Assembly: GCA_024137785.1 (NCBI GenBank)
Contig: JAHRHZ010000032.1
Span: 13,406,508 to 13,443,767 of the forward strand
Source of the DNA: Ginglymostoma cirratum
Lineage: Eukaryota
Reading direction: 5' to 3'
DNA: 37,260 bases
The position numbers were made by a program, and so were the translations under genes. Positions 34,501-37,260 of the stretch are shown here, piece by piece. Numbering within the stretch: the first letter of the stretch is position 1; each line of letters begins with the position of its first letter. Under the pieces are notes generated by a model that was not told the origin of the DNA, did not search any database, and saw nothing but the letters and a program-made list of their open reading frames with translations.

Positions 34501-36324
34501 AAATACTGAATTAATTTATATTAATGACAATGTATATTAAAATTTTACTCAAATAATTAAATCTAAACAAACGCTGTTTCTTCAAACATTATTAGATTCT
34601 GCAAAATCAGCTGAAAAATATTTGCTTTTTATTTACAAATTAGCTTGAGAAAATTACACATGGTTGTTTAGATAATTCACTGTCATCCGCAATTAATGAT
34701 GTTGGGAAATTGTTTAATTCGTGTAAGCACAGTCCATATTCTGAGCTCAACTAGTTCTGCAGAAACCATGTAGAAGGCTTCTGATTCAAGTTAACAACTT
34801 TGATTGATACCTTCACTGGACATCCCCATGCACAACCAGGCACAAATAAATCAAGTTCAAGTATTAGCATCTTGTCCAGTTAGGATTACCTTCCAGCATC
34901 ATTGTTGCAGCAGCTCACTTGACACTCTGGCATTAGCAGAAACCTGAACTGTTCGGGGTTCACTCCACATGCACAAAAGACTTATAGCAAAATTAACACA
35001 ACTTAGGAAGGAGTCTACCAGTGGCTGGCCTTGAAATTCCAGGTACACTGGAATGGCTGGGTTGTTATTGCAACAGAAATGTTTTACAAATTAAGGAAAG
35101 TAGGAAGAGCCAAATAGGGTGCTTAATAACATTGGCTATATTCCCAGTGGTTCCATCACATGATCTCCCATTTCAAAAACCATGCCCAATCAAATGGCCC
35201 ATTTTCCCCATCTCAAATAATTTTGGAACTAGTACATCAATGTTCTCAGGACAGTTTGTTTTACATCTGCGATTAACAACCCATGCCTCCCACCACTCAA
35301 GGTTTCTCTGAGCAATGTTATGCAATTATTTTTCATTTCCAGAGACTCCAGATGAATCTGGATTGGTGTTATATTCTTTTTCTTACCATAAATATACAAA
35401 TTATACATAAATACTTTTTAATTTGACGATAATACTATATCGAAGTACATTTAACTTGAGGGTGTTAAGCATAGTTTATCTAATCTGTACTCCTGTGGCT
35501 TGCAGGCTGATTACAAAATTATGTGACAAACATATCTTGTCTCAAGATTGTAGTGATTGACAGTAGAATAAGAAATGGACCCTTAAGAATATACACACAT
35601 CATTTCACAACAATCAGACATTGGAATGGAGGGTATCATATTGGGCTTTGGGTACTAACCACTGGTTCACTGTCAGCATAACTCCTTTCCATCCTGAGTC
35701 TAAGGGTCTGTCTAATTAACAGGGGTAGAGGGTAAACACCAGAGTCTGAACAAGAAGATGCACTTGTCTTATATGAGATAGTGTAATTTATAAAATGATA
35801 GCAATATATATACTTACATTCTAATTAGGCATAGTTACTAATACCAGGACCCAGAGATGACACATCTATCCCCACTGGAGTCTTACGCAATACTGTCTGA
35901 TCTTCTACCCAAAGATTGCGAGATTAGTTGGGGTGAATTCAACTTCAACATTAACACTTTTCAGAAACGTTGCCTTATAAAACAGAGCTAGGATAAAGAC
36001 CTTGCATTGGATGACTGAGAAATGACCTTGTTTCAGCAATCCAGTACATTGATTTGAATATCTTTACTCAGACTCTAATCCCGCAATACTAGATTGTGTT
36101 TTTCTTTGCTCCTTCTCTTCTTTCATACCATATCACCAAGGCCCACAGTCTATACCCCATCCATTGTAAAATTTATTTTTTCTGCATTTATTGACTTTTA
36201 GCACAAGGTTTATGTTGCTGTGTAAGAATAAAACACATTGTGTGGAGCCAAAAAAAAAACTCATGACTGGCAGAATTTATGGACTATTGCCCAGGTACAA
36301 TGCCCTTGAACCCATGTTTAATTC

Positions 36325-37038
36325 CAGAAAATATACAGTTAATCGTAGGGCCCTGGGTAGTGTTGTTGAACAGAGAGACCTAGGTTTCAGGTAGCTACTT
36401 CCTTGAAAGTTGTGTCACAAGTACACAGGGTGGTAAAGAGGGTGTCTGGCATGCTTGTCTTTATTGCTTGGACCATTGAGTATGGGAGTTGAGACATCAG
36501 TTTGCGGTTGTACAGGACATTGGTGAAGCCACTTTTGGAGTTCTGTGTACAGTTCTGGTCACCCTGCTATGGGAAGCATATTATTAAATTGGAGACGTTG
36601 CAGAGTGTTTGAGTTATAAAGAGGTGCTTTTAAGTTGGGACTTTTTTCACTGGAGCACAGGAGATCGGGGGTGACCTGATAGAGGTTTGTAAAATCATGA
36701 GGGGCATAGATAAGGTGAATAAGTCATTTCCTAAGGGTAGGGGGGTTCAAAACTAGAGGACATAATTTTAAGGTGAGAGGAGAAAGATTTAAAAGGGACC
36801 TGAGAAGCAACTTTTTCACAAAGGGAGCGATGCATATGCAGAATAAATTGCAGGGAAAGTGGTAGATGCACTTAGAACATTTAGAAAGCATTTGGCCAGG
36901 TACATGAATGGGAGAGGTTTAGACGGATATGGGACAAACACAGGAATTTCTGACTAGTTTAGTTTGGGAAGCTTGGCCAGTATGGACAAATTGGACCAAA
37001 GGGTCTGTTTCTAGCCTGTATGACTCTATAACTCTACA
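36325..37038 (+). mobile_element. CR1/HER1 LINE 3' fragment
   Basis: Homologous to 23440-24155. Tail tgactctataactcta. Confidence 0.92.
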
Positions 37039-37075
37039 ATCTTACATTTCAAGGAAACATATACCATTAGACCAG

Positions 37076-37158
37076 TCAGAAGTCACATGACACCAGGTTA
37101 TAGTCCAACAGCTTTATTTGAAATCACAAGCTTTTGGAGCTGTGGTCCTTCATCAGAC
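37076..37158 (-). mobile_element. Single-arm Penelope-derived mini-element (family B) with a decayed hammerhead motif
   Basis: Near-identical to the left arm of 6515-6683. Minus strand reads CTGATGAaggaccacagctccAAAAgcttgtg. Confidence 0.75.
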
Positions 37159-37230
37159 TATCAGATATTGGAGTGGAATTAGGCCATTTGGCTCATTGAG
37201 TCTGCTCAGCAATTCAGTCATAGCTGAGAT

Positions 37231-37260
37231 AATAGGAACTGCAGATGCTGGAGAATCCGA
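37231..37260 (-). mobile_element. End of another Penelope-type terminal repeat, truncated by the window edge
   Basis: ggaactgcagatgctggagaatccga matches 25153-25176. Confidence 0.6.

Noticed and set aside
34811-34870. Candidate leader exon ending at AG|gtatca (- strand)
   Set aside because: The ATG frame ends in phase 0 and is not hydrophobic. The phase-1 frame (FICAWLCMGMSSE) has upstream stops and no acceptor.
35818-35865. Leader-like MCHLWVLVLVTMPN next to a gtaagt donor (- strand)
   Set aside because: In-frame TAG before the donor, wrong phase, and the sequence looks like a decayed SINE head.
36129-36160. MGYRLWALVI followed by a gtatga donor (- strand)
   Set aside because: Phase 2 is incompatible with the V exon without another exon, which I could not find. 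The leader remains unidentified and may lie outside the window.

Overview
Eukaryotic genomic DNA, AT-rich and repeat-dense. The repeat families (HE1-type tRNA SINEs, CR1/HER1-type LINEs, DeuSINE-like SINEs, Penelope-like elements) point to a shark or other cartilaginous fish. The only host gene I can support is a minus-strand CD200/OX-2-like immunoglobulin-superfamily gene at about 27.0-33.7 kb. It has two 336-nt phase-1 IgV exons, a transmembrane exon and a very short cytoplasmic tail. I found no IgC exon and no leader exon. The two V exons arose by local tandem duplication. The rest is a nested pile of retroelements. The most interesting non-coding signal is a family of 100-220 bp, often palindromic, Penelope-derived mini-elements that carry minimal hammerhead-ribozyme motifs and are flanked by 13-15 bp target-site-like duplications. 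Most ORFs in the track are simple-repeat or transposon artefacts. Repeat family names come from my recognition of the sequence, not from a database search, and repeat boundaries are approximate unless stated.
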